From an uncultured Chloroflexia bacterium (GTDB lineage: Bacteria > Chloroflexota > Anaerolineae > Anaerolineales > UBA11858): DNA of 64,000 nucleotides. The stretch is from contig CAWGOD010000016.1 of the NCBI GenBank assembly GCA_963824175.1, forward strand, positions 43,103 through 107,102, read 5' to 3'. The notes under the pieces are model-generated. The model saw nothing but the letters and a program-made list of their open reading frames with translations, was not told the DNA's origin and made no database searches. Below, piece after piece: positions 16,635 to 27,325 of this stretch. Every line of letters starts with the position of its first letter. The stretch's first letter is position 1. A program made the translations under genes and the position numbers.

Positions 16635-18464
16635 TTATTCAGATCCCGACTCAGCGAATTTACCACTCTCTTCCACATAGGTGAGGCTTTGGTGTCTAAA
16701 ATAGGTATTGTAGAGGACTGAATAGTATCCTCCAGCCTCCAGTAGGGACTCATGCGTACCTTCTTCAATGATCTTACCTTTATCGATCACAATGATCCGG
16801 TCTGCAGACTTTACAGTAGACAAGCGATGGGCGATCAAGATGCTGGTACTATCTTTGAGGATCAAGTCCAAAGCTTGCTGGATCTGCCTCTCTGTAAATG
16901 GATCGATGCTGGCTGTGGCCTCATCCAAAATAAAGATTGCTGGGTTCTGGATCAGCACCCTGAGTAACGCCACCAGTTGACGTTGTCCCATCGATAATTG
17001 CCCGCCCCGCTCTCCAACTTCCGTGTCAAAACCATCTGGAAGTGTTTCCAGCCATTCCCCATCGCCAATTTCTCGGGCAAGCTGGGTCATTTCTTCCAAG
17101 CTGGAATCGGTGCAGGCATACTGAATATTTTCTGCGACTGTGCCTGAGAATAAAAAGGGGACCTGGGAGATCATGCCCAGCTGTTTACGGTAGCTGGTGA
17201 GGTCCAGGTCACGGATATCATGATCATCGATCTTGATCAATCCAGATTGGTATTCATAAAAGCGGGCGATCAATTTGGCAATGGAAGATTTTCCAGAACC
17301 GGTGTGCCCAACCAGGGCGATACTTTCACCTGGATTTACTGTGAGATCAAAATCCCTGAATATCCACTCATTCTCTGTATATTTGAAGTTCAAATTCTCA
17401 ATGGTGATCCTGCCAGATAAACGACCGGGGACCAGATTTCCATTCTGAACAACTGCCGGTTCCGCATCGATCAAGGCAAATACTCGTTCTGAAGCAGCCA
17501 AACCAACCTGAACCTGGGCAGAGAAAGAAGCCAGGTTCAATACCGGGAAGAAGAACCTATCCAGACCCACAACAAACAGATACAAGGATCCGATGGTCAC
17601 GATTCCTTGAGCAGCGCTCAAACCGCCGGTGTAGACCAGGATGGCCGTACCGATACCACTTATAGTATTCAAAGCCGGGAAGACGATCGAAAGCACAAAA
17701 CCCCGCCGGACATTGATCTTATAAGATTCAACATTTGCCTGGTCAAAATCTGAAAAAATCTCTGGCTCCTGGCGGAAGTTCTTGGCCACTGCAATTCCGC
17801 TGACTGTTTCCTTGATCGTGGCATTCACTGTAGCCAGGGCCCGCATGCCTTCCCGGGTCACCCTGCGGGCAATACTTCTAAATCCCCGAGCCAGCAGGAA
17901 AATAAAGGGCAGGAAAATCAAAATATAAAGGAACAGGCGGAATTCCAGACGGATCAGCACAACACCCAGGATCAGAGCCTGGACCATTTGCGCTCCCAGG
18001 TCCGTGATCAGAAGAATTAATTTCCCGAACTCCCTTGTATCCGAGGTGATCCTTGATACCACCCTGCCGGAGGAAAATTTATCATAAAATGACAGATCAT
18101 GATTGGCTGCAGAAGCGAATGCATCTGTTCGTAATGTCATCACGATACCAGAGACAACCCGGACGGTCATCCGGCGCCGGATCCAATTTCCGCCCCAGTT
18201 TATAATGGCTGCCAATAATACCAAACCGATCAAAAGATTAATTTGGGAATCAGCCTGGTCTATTGTCAGGCGGTCAATACTGCTGGAAACTACCAGCGGC
18301 AAAGACGCGCTGGCAGCACCTATCAGGATCAAGAACAGAGAAATCCAAACCAATCTAACGGTGTGCGGTTTTAAATCGGAACCAATACGCTTCAGTAAAT
18401 CTCTGTCGCTGTATTCCCTATCATATGCTTCGGTGTCCAGGTTGGAAAAGAATCCCATGCCCAA
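16635..18464 (-). CDS. ABC exporter, fused permease/ATPase (half-transporter B of a heterodimer)
   Basis: 609 aa with an N-terminal 6-TM exporter domain, Walker A GHTGSGKSS, signature LSMGQRQ and Walker B FILDEAT. Confidence 0.9.
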   Translation of the reverse strand: MGMGFFSNLDTEAYDREYSDRDLLKRIGSDLKPHTVRLVWISLFLILIGAASASLPLVVSSSIDRLTIDQADSQINLLIGLVLLAAIINWGGNWIRRRMTVRVVSGIVMTLRTDAFASAANHDLSFYDKFSSGRVVSRITSDTREFGKLILLITDLGAQMVQALILGVVLIRLEFRLFLYILIFLPFIFLLARGFRSIARRVTREGMRALATVNATIKETVSGIAVAKNFRQEPEIFSDFDQANVESYKINVRRGFVLSIVFPALNTISGIGTAILVYTGGLSAAQGIVTIGSLYLFVVGLDRFFFPVLNLASFSAQVQVGLAASERVFALIDAEPAVVQNGNLVPGRLSGRITIENLNFKYTENEWIFRDFDLTVNPGESIALVGHTGSGKSSIAKLIARFYEYQSGLIKIDDHDIRDLDLTSYRKQLGMISQVPFLFSGTVAENIQYACTDSSLEEMTQLAREIGDGEWLETLPDGFDTEVGERGGQLSMGQRQLVALLRVLIQNPAIFILDEATASIDPFTERQIQQALDLILKDSTSILIAHRLSTVKSADRIIVIDKGKIIEEGTHESLLEAGGYYSVLYNTYFRHQSLTYVEESGKFAESGSE

Positions 18465-18483
18465 TGCCTCGTGAAATAAATAA

Positions 18484-20268
18484 TCAATCTATAAAAAGCT
18501 GGCTGTATGCTCCGGAGCTGACCATCAACTCGTCATGCGATCCTTGGGCAGTCACCTCACCATTGCGAATGACCAGTATGGTATCTGCCCAGCGTATTTG
18601 CGATAAACGGTGAGTGATGATAATTGTCGTTCTTCCCTTGGCTGCTTCGAAAATCGCCTTCTGGATCTCATCCTCAGTCGCGCTGTCAATCGAACTTGTT
18701 GAATCATCGAGGATCAGTATGCGTGGATCAGTGAGGAATGCCCGGGCAAGGGCCAAGCGTTGGCGTTGACCACCTGACAGAGTCACTCCCCTCTCTCCCA
18801 ACAGGGTTTCATATCCATCCGTAAATGTAAGGATAAATTCGTGAGCCTGAGCGGATCTGGCTGCTTCTTCTATCTCTTCCCGGGTGGCATCTGGTTTCCC
18901 AAAAGCAATATTCTCGGCCACTGTGTTGGAGAACAGGAAAATATCTTGTTCAATGATTGAGATTTGTGTGCGAAGTGCTTCCAGATTCCAATCTTTGACA
19001 TCCACATCATCAATTCGAATGGCTCCCGATGTAGCGTCATAAGTGCGATTTATCAATTTCGCCAGGGTTGTTTTCCCTGATCCCGTCTGACCTACAACAG
19101 CGACGGTCTGGCCGGGTTGGACCGAGAAATCAATCCGATTGAGGGTTAGATCAACATCTGAATAGGCATAGGAAACATCATCAAAATGGATCTTTCCCTC
19201 AATCTTTCCATCATAGCCTTCCTGGTTCTGATCCAGTTCTGTTTCTCGGTTGATCAATTCCAGGATACGCCGGGCGCTGGCTATGCCGAGGGAAACCTGG
19301 GAATAAGCAAACAAAGATACAAAAGTTGGAAATCCGAGCAAACCTAGCAATCCAAAATATGCGGCAATATCACCTACTTCCAGCAATCCGCGTTGGAACA
19401 GGATGATCGCCTGGAAGAGACCCCCAACCTGGGTCAAACCCATCAACAGTATTGGCAAAAAGCGGGCTTCCACATCCCCCTGATGAACTTCATTTTTCAT
19501 GAACCGTTTGGCGTTGCTGGCAAATAAACTAACTTCACTGTCTTCTTCGGCCATACCCTTAACTGTTTCGATCCCATCAACCGCTTCTGCCAAACGGGAG
19601 GTCAATGTCCCGAAGGCGCTCCTGACAGAATCCGTGATCGGCTGCAGTTCATGAAGATACTGCCATAAAGCGAAAATATACAGGATCAGGAAGATCAAAG
19701 GTGGAATGATCAATGAGGGGTGATACTGATAAGCGAATATGATCGGCATAATGATAAAATTGGCCGATCCCACCACCAGGTTAAAGCCGGGACTGAACAT
19801 AAAGTTAATTTCTCGGACGTCATTGGTCGCCCTGGCCATCACGTCGCCAACTGGCAGCAAGCTGTGATAAGTCATGCTTTTCCCAAGCAGAGAAGTATAT
19901 AACTCATGCCTGATATCCCGTTCCATCAGCTGGCCCAATAATTCTGCGCTGAAGTTCCTGCCAAGTTGAAGTGCTCCACGGAATACCTGGGTCACAACTA
20001 TGATCAAAGCGAATTGCAGCAGGAGTTCAGTTCTAGGCGGAGTTTCTTGCAGTGCGTTTAGAGCCCTACCCACCATAACAGGGACTACAGCTGCCAGCGA
20101 GGCATTGCCGATCGCCCCCATCAAAGTAGTCAAACCCAAATACCAGTATTGGATAAAATGGGCAGTTATCCAGCCAACAGGACTATTTCTGCGGGCTGCA
20201 ACCCGAGCAGGAACCTGGTACTCCTCCGGGAGGGAATATTCAGTGGTTTGCTGGTTCGTGTTTTCCAT
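18484..20268 (-). CDS. ABC exporter, fused permease/ATPase (half-transporter A of a heterodimer)
   Basis: 594 aa with Walker A GQTGSGKTT, signature LSGGQRQ and Walker B LILDDST. It lies 19 nt upstream of its partner. Confidence 0.9.
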   Translation of the reverse strand: MENTNQQTTEYSLPEEYQVPARVAARRNSPVGWITAHFIQYWYLGLTTLMGAIGNASLAAVVPVMVGRALNALQETPPRTELLLQFALIIVVTQVFRGALQLGRNFSAELLGQLMERDIRHELYTSLLGKSMTYHSLLPVGDVMARATNDVREINFMFSPGFNLVVGSANFIIMPIIFAYQYHPSLIIPPLIFLILYIFALWQYLHELQPITDSVRSAFGTLTSRLAEAVDGIETVKGMAEEDSEVSLFASNAKRFMKNEVHQGDVEARFLPILLMGLTQVGGLFQAIILFQRGLLEVGDIAAYFGLLGLLGFPTFVSLFAYSQVSLGIASARRILELINRETELDQNQEGYDGKIEGKIHFDDVSYAYSDVDLTLNRIDFSVQPGQTVAVVGQTGSGKTTLAKLINRTYDATSGAIRIDDVDVKDWNLEALRTQISIIEQDIFLFSNTVAENIAFGKPDATREEIEEAARSAQAHEFILTFTDGYETLLGERGVTLSGGQRQRLALARAFLTDPRILILDDSTSSIDSATEDEIQKAIFEAAKGRTTIIITHRLSQIRWADTILVIRNGEVTAQGSHDELMVSSGAYSQLFID

Positions 20269-20270
20269 AC

Positions 20271-20979
20271 TTAATTCGGATTCTCATCCGGGAAAATCAG
20301 GTCATTGGTTATGCTGAATGGACCGAAGGATTCCAGATCTTCATAACCCACCTGATGTGAGATCTCAGAGTCCGGATCCAAAAGAAATACGTTTCCTTCA
20401 AAATCAAGAAGATTTATTTTATCACCAGAAAGGGTGTTTTCTTCCCTGATATAAGATGAATACTGGGAATAACTCTCTTTAGATTCCGGGTATTGCTTAA
20501 AAAGGAGCTCAAACGCCTGCTGAAAATCAGCCTTATAGTCTGTGGTGACGACAGACAGATTGCTGATTATCCAACACTGTTCCCGGTATTCTTGAAAATA
20601 AACCAGACCAATAAAATTTCCCCGACTGTCAAGGTAGGGGAAAAAGGGAAAAGCTCTGCAGGTCAGCGTCCGAAACGGAGCGCTGGCAATGCTGGTAACC
20701 CAGGCATTTTAGCAGTACCTGATCATCCTGGACATCATTCTCCAGACCAGCATCAATGGGATTGGAACTGCTCCAGGGCTGCCATAGATTGGTCTTTTCC
20801 TCCAAAAACTCCCATTCATCCTTATAAGCCGAAGGTATGATCAAATTGATATCACAACATACCGGGACACCATAATCATTAAATGGTCCGCATTTTTTCC
20901 CGCAATCTATATTTGAAAGTGGACCGGAAAATTTCTGGTAGATATTTTCGAAAAACCTTTTTTCTGGGGTATCGCTCAT
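20271..20979 (-). CDS. Cysteine-cluster protein, probably YkgJ/UPF0153-like, frame-disrupted around 20650-20700
   Basis: Track ORF 20629-20979 (CGKKCGPFNDYGVPVCCD...) continues in another frame as ...LTCRAFPFFPYLDSRGNFIGLVYFQEYREQCW... to the stop at 20271-20273, 2 nt before the ABC gene start. The total length is 3n+1. Confidence 0.55.
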
Positions 20980-22365
20980 TCAGTTATCTCGATTGTACCT
21001 TCCACCAAATCTGTCAGTAACTGGATCGCTTCTTCCCGGGAAGATATACCACTATCAACCTGGGCTTCACGGAGAGCTTCCAGCAGCAAACCGATCCGGG
21101 GTCCCGGGGAGATGCTGAATTCAGATTGGATATCATCACCATCAAGCAGAATCGGAGGAGAGACCCATTGATCCTTTTTCTCCCACCATCCTTCCAGGAA
21201 TGATCTACAAATATCCAGGACATTGGTCCAATCATCTTGATGAGAATTGATTTTGTATCCAGAGGATACGACAGCCAAAGCTAGAAAAACACCCAATATT
21301 CCCGCCGATTTGTACTGGCGAAAATAACGATAAATATCCAATGGTCGGGGAGGATCTCCTGTTCTAGATTGCTGCAGCACAACTTCGGCAGCCTGTCTGC
21401 TCTTATTCAGGATTTCCCATTCCTGGTTACTGAGAGGAAGGATCTCTGTCCAATTTCTGTTTTTACCCTCTTCTTTTCCATTTTCCAGCAGAGGAGCGAT
21501 AAAGGATAGTTGGTAAATGGTCCTTCCAGGTACAGGTTCATGTCTCAGGTAAGATTGGAGGTCTGTCCGGTAGCGGCCCAGCCGATGGACTAATAATCCC
21601 AGAGACCAGTTGGCTGCGCTATATTGATCATGATTTTTCAGAAACAAGCCCCATAGATCTTGAAGAAAGGCAACATGTTTGATCTGCTGATCGTTAACTT
21701 CTTCAAAAAAGACAAAGGGTGATAGACCCAAGAATTTCCATAGTTCGAAAAGCCGCAGTCTGTTTTGGCCCATCCAGGATTCTAAAAAGCTCATCCCGGG
21801 TCCTTTCAGGAGAGATTCCGGCTATTCCTTTGCTGTATTTGCGGATCTGATCCTTGGTTTCAGGCGGGATCCTCAATCCAAATTGAGCGGCAAGACGCAC
21901 CGCCCGCAGACAGCGCAGCGGATCATCAGCCAGGGACCGATCTGAAGTTGTCCTCAGCAATCGATCCTTCAAATCTTGGGCACCACCAAAAAGATCAATC
22001 ACCTTTTCATCCGGACCTAATCCCAATGCCATCGAAGTGATCGTAAAATCCCGCGCGGCTAAGTCATCATTTATATCCTTGCCCTGGAAGCGAGTAAAAT
22101 CCACCATAATACGCTGAGCGTCTTCATCTTTTATAATCACTCGCGCTGTTTCCCTTTCTGGATCAAGAACATAAAACGCACCGCCGAGCTGGTCAGCAAC
22201 CAATTTGGCAGCAGGGATAGTATCTCCCGGCAGGGCAAAATCCAGGTCATGGATTGGCTTATCCAGATGCAAATCCCGTACAGCTCCCCCCACCAGGTAA
22301 GCGTGATAAGGTTCAAGAATTCTGATTATCTGCTCATACAGAGCTGGAAACGGCTTCATATTCAT
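20976..22365 (-). CDS. cca: tRNA nucleotidyltransferase (CCA-adding enzyme / poly(A) polymerase family), frame-disrupted near 21728
   Basis: Head domain LVGGAVRDLHLDKPIHDLDF plus RDFTITSMA. Fragments 21703-22365 and 20976-21794 join as ...RTMEILG|LSPFVFFEEV... if one G of the GGG at 21727-21729 (complement strand) is removed. Confidence 0.8.
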
Positions 22366-22492
22366 TATGTTCTTATCCAGGAGTGGTTAAATGATGAGAA
22401 CCAAATCTCGGAGACCCACAGGCAGCATTTTCGTATCCGATCAGAATTTCCGCCAGGCGTAGTCCTCCCTTTGGTTGAAGGATTCAGGAAAT

Positions 22493-23053
22493 CTAATGAT
22501 CCGGGGGAGTATACTTATCTTCGTTCACAACTCCGATAAAGGGCAGTTCGCGATAAAACTCGTCCAGGTCCAATCCATAACCAAAGACATATTTATTGGG
22601 AATCACGAATCCCACATAATCGAGCGGTACGTCGGTTTCCCGTCTTTCCGCTTTATCCAGCAGCGTGCATACTTTTAATGAGGCAGGTTTACGAGTAGCC
22701 AGCAGCCCCAAAACAGATGCCAGGGTATGACCGCTGTCCACTATATCCTCAATCAACAACACATTCCTCCCCTGAATATCATCACGGAGATCCATTGTCA
22801 ATCGGATATGACCAGAAGCTTCCCTGGCGCCAACGCCGTAGGAAGAAATGGCCATAAAGTCAATTGAGTGTGGAACTGTGATGGCCCGCATCAGATCCGT
22901 CAGAAATAACACTCCGCCGCGCAAAATGCACACCAGGTGCAGATCCTGTCCAGCGTGGTCCCGGCTGATCTGTTCTCCTAGTTCTTGGATCTTGTCCTGA
23001 AGCTCCTTTTCTGGAATCAGAACTTCACTTAAAAAATCCTTATACGATTGCAT
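22493..23053 (-). CDS. hpt: Hypoxanthine phosphoribosyltransferase
   Basis: Contains LVCILRGGVLFLTDL and the PRPP motif VLLIEDIVDSGHTL; 186 aa. Confidence 0.92.
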   Translation of the reverse strand: MQSYKDFLSEVLIPEKELQDKIQELGEQISRDHAGQDLHLVCILRGGVLFLTDLMRAITVPHSIDFMAISSYGVGAREASGHIRLTMDLRDDIQGRNVLLIEDIVDSGHTLASVLGLLATRKPASLKVCTLLDKAERRETDVPLDYVGFVIPNKYVFGYGLDLDEFYRELPFIGVVNEDKYTPPDH

Positions 23054-23055
23054 AA

Positions 23056-23646
23056 TTATTCCTCTTTTCTTGGTACCTGATGATGGATCCTGCAGCGGGC
23101 TTCATACATCTCCGATGCACCTACAATGATGATCGGATCGTCATAATAGGCTGGATTGCCATCCACCAGGCGCTGGGTTCGAGTTGCTTCCTCTCCACAT
23201 TCCATACAAATGGCATGCAATTTATCTACAATCTCTGCCTGGGCAAGCAAAACCGGCATCTGACCAAAAGGTTCTCCACGGAAATCCATGTCCAATCCAG
23301 CCACGATGACCCGGATCCCTTTGTCAACCAATGCCTGGATAACGTCAATGACCTTCTCTCCAAAAAACTGCGCTTCATCGATGGCGACCAGAGTGACATC
23401 ATCAAGCAGTAAAGTTGGCACATCTGAGATATTCTCAACCGGGTAGGCATTATACTCATTCCCTGCATGAGAGGTCACTTTTTCACTGCTGTAGCGAATA
23501 TCAAATCCAGGTTTAAAAACCTGGATCTTTTGCTTGGCAATAATCGCCCTTCGAAGCCTGCGCAGCAGCTCATCTGTTTTCCCACAGAACATTGGACCTG
23601 TGATAACTTCCAACCTTCCCTGATGATGTTTCATTCTTTTCCTCAC
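23056..23646 (-). CDS. tdk: Thymidine kinase
   Basis: P-loop [19 protein letters not shown], and C-terminal Zn cysteines (CMECGEEA...ARCRIHH); 196 aa. Confidence 0.92.
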   Translation of the reverse strand: MRKRMKHHQGRLEVITGPMFCGKTDELLRRLRRAIIAKQKIQVFKPGFDIRYSSEKVTSHAGNEYNAYPVENISDVPTLLLDDVTLVAIDEAQFFGEKVIDVIQALVDKGIRVIVAGLDMDFRGEPFGQMPVLLAQAEIVDKLHAICMECGEEATRTQRLVDGNPAYYDDPIIIVGASEMYEARCRIHHQVPRKEE

Positions 23647-23665
23647 TTATCTGGACTTGGATTAA

Positions 23666-23697
23666 CAAAAAACAGGCAGAGTGTTACTCTGCCTGTA
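23666..23697 (-). terminator. Rho-independent terminator downstream of rpmE
   Basis: On the minus strand: ACAGGCAGAG-TAACA-CTCTGCCTGT followed by TTTTTT. Confidence 0.8.
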
Positions 23698-23724
23698 TTT
23701 TATCAAAAGAACTGTATCCTGACC

Positions 23725-24198
23725 TTAAATTGAGATATCCTCAGCTGCTTCAGGGATTTCAAATCCTTGAGAGCGTAAGGCTTTCTTCAGATCGATCAGG
23801 GATTTTCGTCCAAAACCTTTGATATCCAGCAGAGGCTGATCACCACCGTCCAGTAGAGTCAGCAGATCCTGAATGGTCACAATTTTGGCATCCACAAGGG
23901 CGTTCGTAACACGAGCACCCAATTCCAGCATCTCCACTGAAACATCAGCGACTGCTGTTTTTGTATCCCTTTCCGATTTCGCTTTTTCGAATTCCTCATG
24001 GGATTTCAATTTCTTATAGAATCGGTCAACCTGTCCCTCGGTATCAACAATGCGCTGTTCGCCGGTGAAAAATGGATGACAGGCAGAGCACACATCGGTA
24101 CGAATTGATTCTTGAGTTGATCCCGTTTTCCAGGTGTTGCCGCAAGCGCAAAGAACCGTCGCTTCGGGGTAATATGTTGGGTGAATTTCTGCTTTCAT
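23725..24198 (-). CDS. rpmE: Ribosomal protein L31 (Zn-ribbon type) fused to a C-terminal RNA polymerase alpha-CTD-like helix-hairpin-helix domain
   Basis: Residues 1-65 are canonical L31 ([10 protein letters not shown]...CACGN...[10 protein letters not shown]...VDRFYKK). Residues about 88-150, [23 protein letters not shown]...[21 protein letters not shown], follow the alpha-CTD pattern [12 protein letters not shown]...IGDL...NFGKKSLxEIKxxL. Confidence 0.85.
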   Translation of the reverse strand: MKAEIHPTYYPEATVLCACGNTWKTGSTQESIRTDVCSACHPFFTGEQRIVDTEGQVDRFYKKLKSHEEFEKAKSERDTKTAVADVSVEMLELGARVTNALVDAKIVTIQDLLTLLDGGDQPLLDIKGFGRKSLIDLKKALRSQGFEIPEAAEDISI

Positions 24199-24211
24199 TT
24201 AATATATCCTT

Positions 24212-24469
24212 TTATTCTGCGGGATACACATGTACGCGTTTTTTGCCACCACGGAAGTCCTGGAAGGTGACAACACCGTCTGCTGTTGCAAATAAGGTGT
24301 CATCTCCACCGCGACCTACGTTTTCTCCAGGATGGATCCTGGTGCCGCGCTGACGCACTAGGATATTTCCGGAGCGTACTTGTTCGCCGCCAAATTTCTT
24401 AACGCCCAATCTCTTGGAATTACTGTCTCGTCCGTTGCGGGTAGAACCGCCACCTGTTTTATGCGCCAT
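24212..24469 (-). CDS. rpmA: Ribosomal protein L27
   Basis: [24 protein letters not shown]...; 85 aa. Confidence 0.95.
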   Translation of the reverse strand: MAHKTGGGSTRNGRDSNSKRLGVKKFGGEQVRSGNILVRQRGTRIHPGENVGRGGDDTLFATADGVVTFQDFRGGKKRVHVYPAE

Positions 24470-24800
24470 CTTTTTCTCCTGATTTGGTCACGATCTTGTC
24501 TACCTGAAGCAGTGTATATTGTTGACGATGACCTTGTCTCTTCCGGTAGTGCACTCTGGGTTTGTATTTAAAGACCAGTAACTTGGGTCCTTTAATTTGG
24601 TCGATGACAGTCGTTTCTACCTTGGCTCCCTTGATCTGCGGAGTACCAATGGTAACTTTCTTTTTGCCATCAGAGATGAATAACACCTCTTTCATAACAA
24701 ATTTCTTTCCGGTTTCAATGGGAAGTTTATCAACCTGGAGGACCTCTCCGGGCACAGCTTTATACTGTTTCCCACCACTTACGACAATTGCATACTTCAT
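24459..24800 (-). CDS. rplU: Ribosomal protein L21
   Basis: [26 protein letters not shown].... The ATG at 24800 is preceded by GGAGGAG; the track ORF starts 5 codons earlier at a TTG inside the RBS. Confidence 0.9.
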   Translation of the reverse strand: MKYAIVVSGGKQYKAVPGEVLQVDKLPIETGKKFVMKEVLFISDGKKKVTIGTPQIKGAKVETTVIDQIKGPKLLVFKYKPRVHYRKRQGHRQQYTLLQVDKIVTKSGEKDGA

Positions 24801-24933
24801 AAACTTCTCCTCCAATCTTCACTTCACCGTTCTCTCTGTGTTCAATGCCAGTGCCACAGCGGAGCGGGGAAGTTGGGGGTCTTAATCCATGCCAAAAGGC
24901 TGCAGAAGGACCTATTCCTTCAGTGCCGTGCCA

Positions 24934-24961
24934 TTATACCAGACGGTGAGAAAGTGTCAAT
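24934..24961 (-). promoter_or_regulatory. Sigma-70-type promoter for rplU-rpmA-rpmE (TTGACA-16-TATAAT)
   Basis: The reverse complement of 24956-24961 is TTGACA and of 24934-24939 is TATAAT. This implies a 5' UTR of about 125 nt. Confidence 0.65.
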
Positions 24962-25172
24962 AAGGATGGAAGCCTCCAGTGCCCAATAGGTTTTTTAGAT
25001 GCTATCGACCTGATAATCATTATGTTATCTACTGAATTGTGTCACTATGCTGAATATTGGTATTTTCTTATAATACCTCTGAATGGATTCAGTCAGGGTT
25101 AGACTGTGATATAACTTGTTCTGGACTAGAATTTATTCCCGTCAATTAGCGCTCCAGAAAGGAGATTTTTGA

Positions 25173-25412
25173 ATGGCCGTAACCGGATGGATAGTAGTGG
25201 ATGATAACTACTGCAAAGGCTGTGGTCTTTGTATCGAAGCCTGTCCCCAGAATGTCCTGGAATTTGATAAGGATCGGCTCACACCCAAAGGATATCATCC
25301 AGCAAAAATGATCGAAGAAACCTGTACTGGATGCGGGATCTGCGCAGTTGTCTGTCCAGATGCCGCGATCACTGTTTATAGGGAAAAACCAGTAAAGGCA
25401 CCCAGGAGGTAA
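25173..25412 (+). CDS. 2-oxoacid:ferredoxin oxidoreductase delta subunit (2x[4Fe-4S] ferredoxin)
   Basis: 79 aa with CKGCGLCIEACP and CTGCGICAVVCP. Confidence 0.88.
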   Translation: MAVTGWIVVDDNYCKGCGLCIEACPQNVLEFDKDRLTPKGYHPAKMIEETCTGCGICAVVCPDAAITVYREKPVKAPRR

Positions 25413-25416
25413 AAAA

Positions 25417-26541
25417 GTGGCAAAAGAATTATTAAAAGGAAATCATGCTTTTGCGGAAGCTGCCATTCGAGCAGGAGTGGAAGCCTTTTACGGGTACCCG
25501 ATCACACCATCGACTGAGTTCCTGGAATATATGTCCAGGCGCTTACCCGAACTCGGCAGAGCCTTTGTGCAAGCAGAAAGTGAAGTTTCTGCGATAAATA
25601 TGGTTTATGGGGCAGCTTGCACTGGAAAACGAGTGATGACCGCCTCATCTAGTCCGGGTGTCAGTCTAATGATGGAAGGAATTTCATATATCGCTGGTAC
25701 TGAAGTCCCGGCTGTAGTCGTTAACGTAATGCGCGGCGGACCGGGATTGGGCAATATTGCACCCTCCCAGGGAGATTATTACCAAATGGTCAAGGGTGGT
25801 GGCCATGGTGATTATTTCCCGATCGTCCTCGCACCCGCCAGCGTCCAGGAAGCAGTGGATTATATCAGCCTGGCTTTTGATCTGGCAGAAAAATACCGCG
25901 GCATTGTACATGTGATTGTTGATGGCAATATGGGCCAGATGATGGAACCAGCAGAACTTCCCCCGATGAAAGATATCCCAGAAAAAGTACCAGACTGGGC
26001 AGTCAGCGGCGCAAAAGGACGCGAACCCAATATCCTCACATCCATCTATATTGATCCGGAAGAGGAAGAGGTAACCAACCTGCGTTTATTAAAACGCTGG
26101 AAAGAGATCGAAAAGAATGAAGTTATCTATGATGAATACGAAATTGAGGATGCAGAATTTCTGGTCATAGGTTTTGGAACAGCTGGCCGGGTGGCATCTT
26201 CAGCCATTCGCCAGGCTCGGGAAGAAGGCATCAAAGCAGGTTTATTAAGACCAATAACCCTGGCGCCATTCCCCCAGGAACGTTTGATCGAACTATCAAA
26301 ACAGGTAAAACGAATTTTAGTGGTTGAAATGAATTCAGGGATGATGCTAGACGACATCATGAAAATCGTCCAGGGCAAAGTGCCGATCGAGTTTTATGGC
26401 AGAATGGGCGGAGTGACACCTCTGCCTGATGAGATCCTGGGTGAGATCCGGCGCGTGGCTGCCAATAAAGCCCCCAACGCCGATGATCCTCGTGATGAAT
26501 GGATCATTCGCATGGATAAAATGCTCACAGGAGAAAAATAA
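25417..26541 (+). CDS. 2-oxoacid:ferredoxin oxidoreductase alpha subunit
   Basis: 374 aa with GNHAFAEAAIRAGVEAFYGYPITPSTE and AESEVSAINMVYGA. Confidence 0.9.
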   Translation: MAKELLKGNHAFAEAAIRAGVEAFYGYPITPSTEFLEYMSRRLPELGRAFVQAESEVSAINMVYGAACTGKRVMTASSSPGVSLMMEGISYIAGTEVPAVVVNVMRGGPGLGNIAPSQGDYYQMVKGGGHGDYFPIVLAPASVQEAVDYISLAFDLAEKYRGIVHVIVDGNMGQMMEPAELPPMKDIPEKVPDWAVSGAKGREPNILTSIYIDPEEEEVTNLRLLKRWKEIEKNEVIYDEYEIEDAEFLVIGFGTAGRVASSAIRQAREEGIKAGLLRPITLAPFPQERLIELSKQVKRILVVEMNSGMMLDDIMKIVQGKVPIEFYGRMGGVTPLPDEILGEIRRVAANKAPNADDPRDEWIIRMDKMLTGEK

Positions 26542-27312
26542 TGGTTGCAACTACAGAGGTTATCTATCAGCGTCCCGAATCATTTACTGATGTTCACACC
26601 CATTACTGCCCAGGCTGTACCCATGGTACTGCCCACCGGTTGATCGCTGAAGTTACTGGATGAGATGGGGCTTCGGGAAAAAACCATTGGGGTAGCTCCC
26701 GTGGGGTGTTCGGTATTTGCCTACCGGTATTTCAAAATGGACTTCGTGGAAGCCGCTCACGGCCGCGCTCCAGCCATGGCAACTGGTATCAAGAGAGTGC
26801 TTCCGAATAATACCGTTTTCACCTATCAGGGAGACGGAGACCTGGCATCCATTGGTATGGCGGAGATCATGCACGCCGCCGCCCGGGGGGAGAATATCAC
26901 AGTGATCTTCATTAACAATGCGATCTACGGCATGACGGGCGGCCAAATGGCCCCCACTACTCTGGAAGGAATGAAAACCACTTCCTCTCCCCTAGGCCGT
27001 GATGTTGAATTGGCAGGTTATCCCATCCGTATGGCAGAGATACTCTCCAACCTGGATGGAGCCAGTTACATTGTGCGCCGCAGTTTGCACAACGCAGCCA
27101 ATATCAGGAAATCAAAAAAGGCCATTCGCCTGGCGTTTGAAGCCCAGGAAAGAGGATTGGGCTTTTCCATGGTTGAGCTGCTCTCATCCTGCCCCACCAA
27201 TTGGAAGATCAGCCCTCAGGATGCGCTTGAATTTGTAGCAGAAGAAATGGTCCCGGTATTCCCACTGGGAGATTATAAAGTCTCCTCTGCCCTGGAATCA
27301 CTGAAGGTATAA
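26541..27312 (+). CDS. 2-oxoacid:ferredoxin oxidoreductase beta subunit (TPP-binding), frame-disrupted near 26658
   Basis: The ATG overlaps the alpha stop (TAATG). The N-terminus [38 protein letters not shown] joins ...[19 protein letters not shown]... of track ORF 26665-27312 if one base at GTT[A]CTG is removed. TPP motif [11 protein letters not shown]. Length is 3n+1. Confidence 0.85.
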
Positions 27313-27325
27313 GGAGTTATAAGGT

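Noticed and set aside
26541-26665. TGA at 26660-26662 interrupting the oxidoreductase beta subunit; considered selenocysteine, given the nearby selB.
   Set aside because: Homologous sequence resumes in a different frame (…[19 protein letters not shown]). This is a 1-nt indel, not in-frame UGA recoding.
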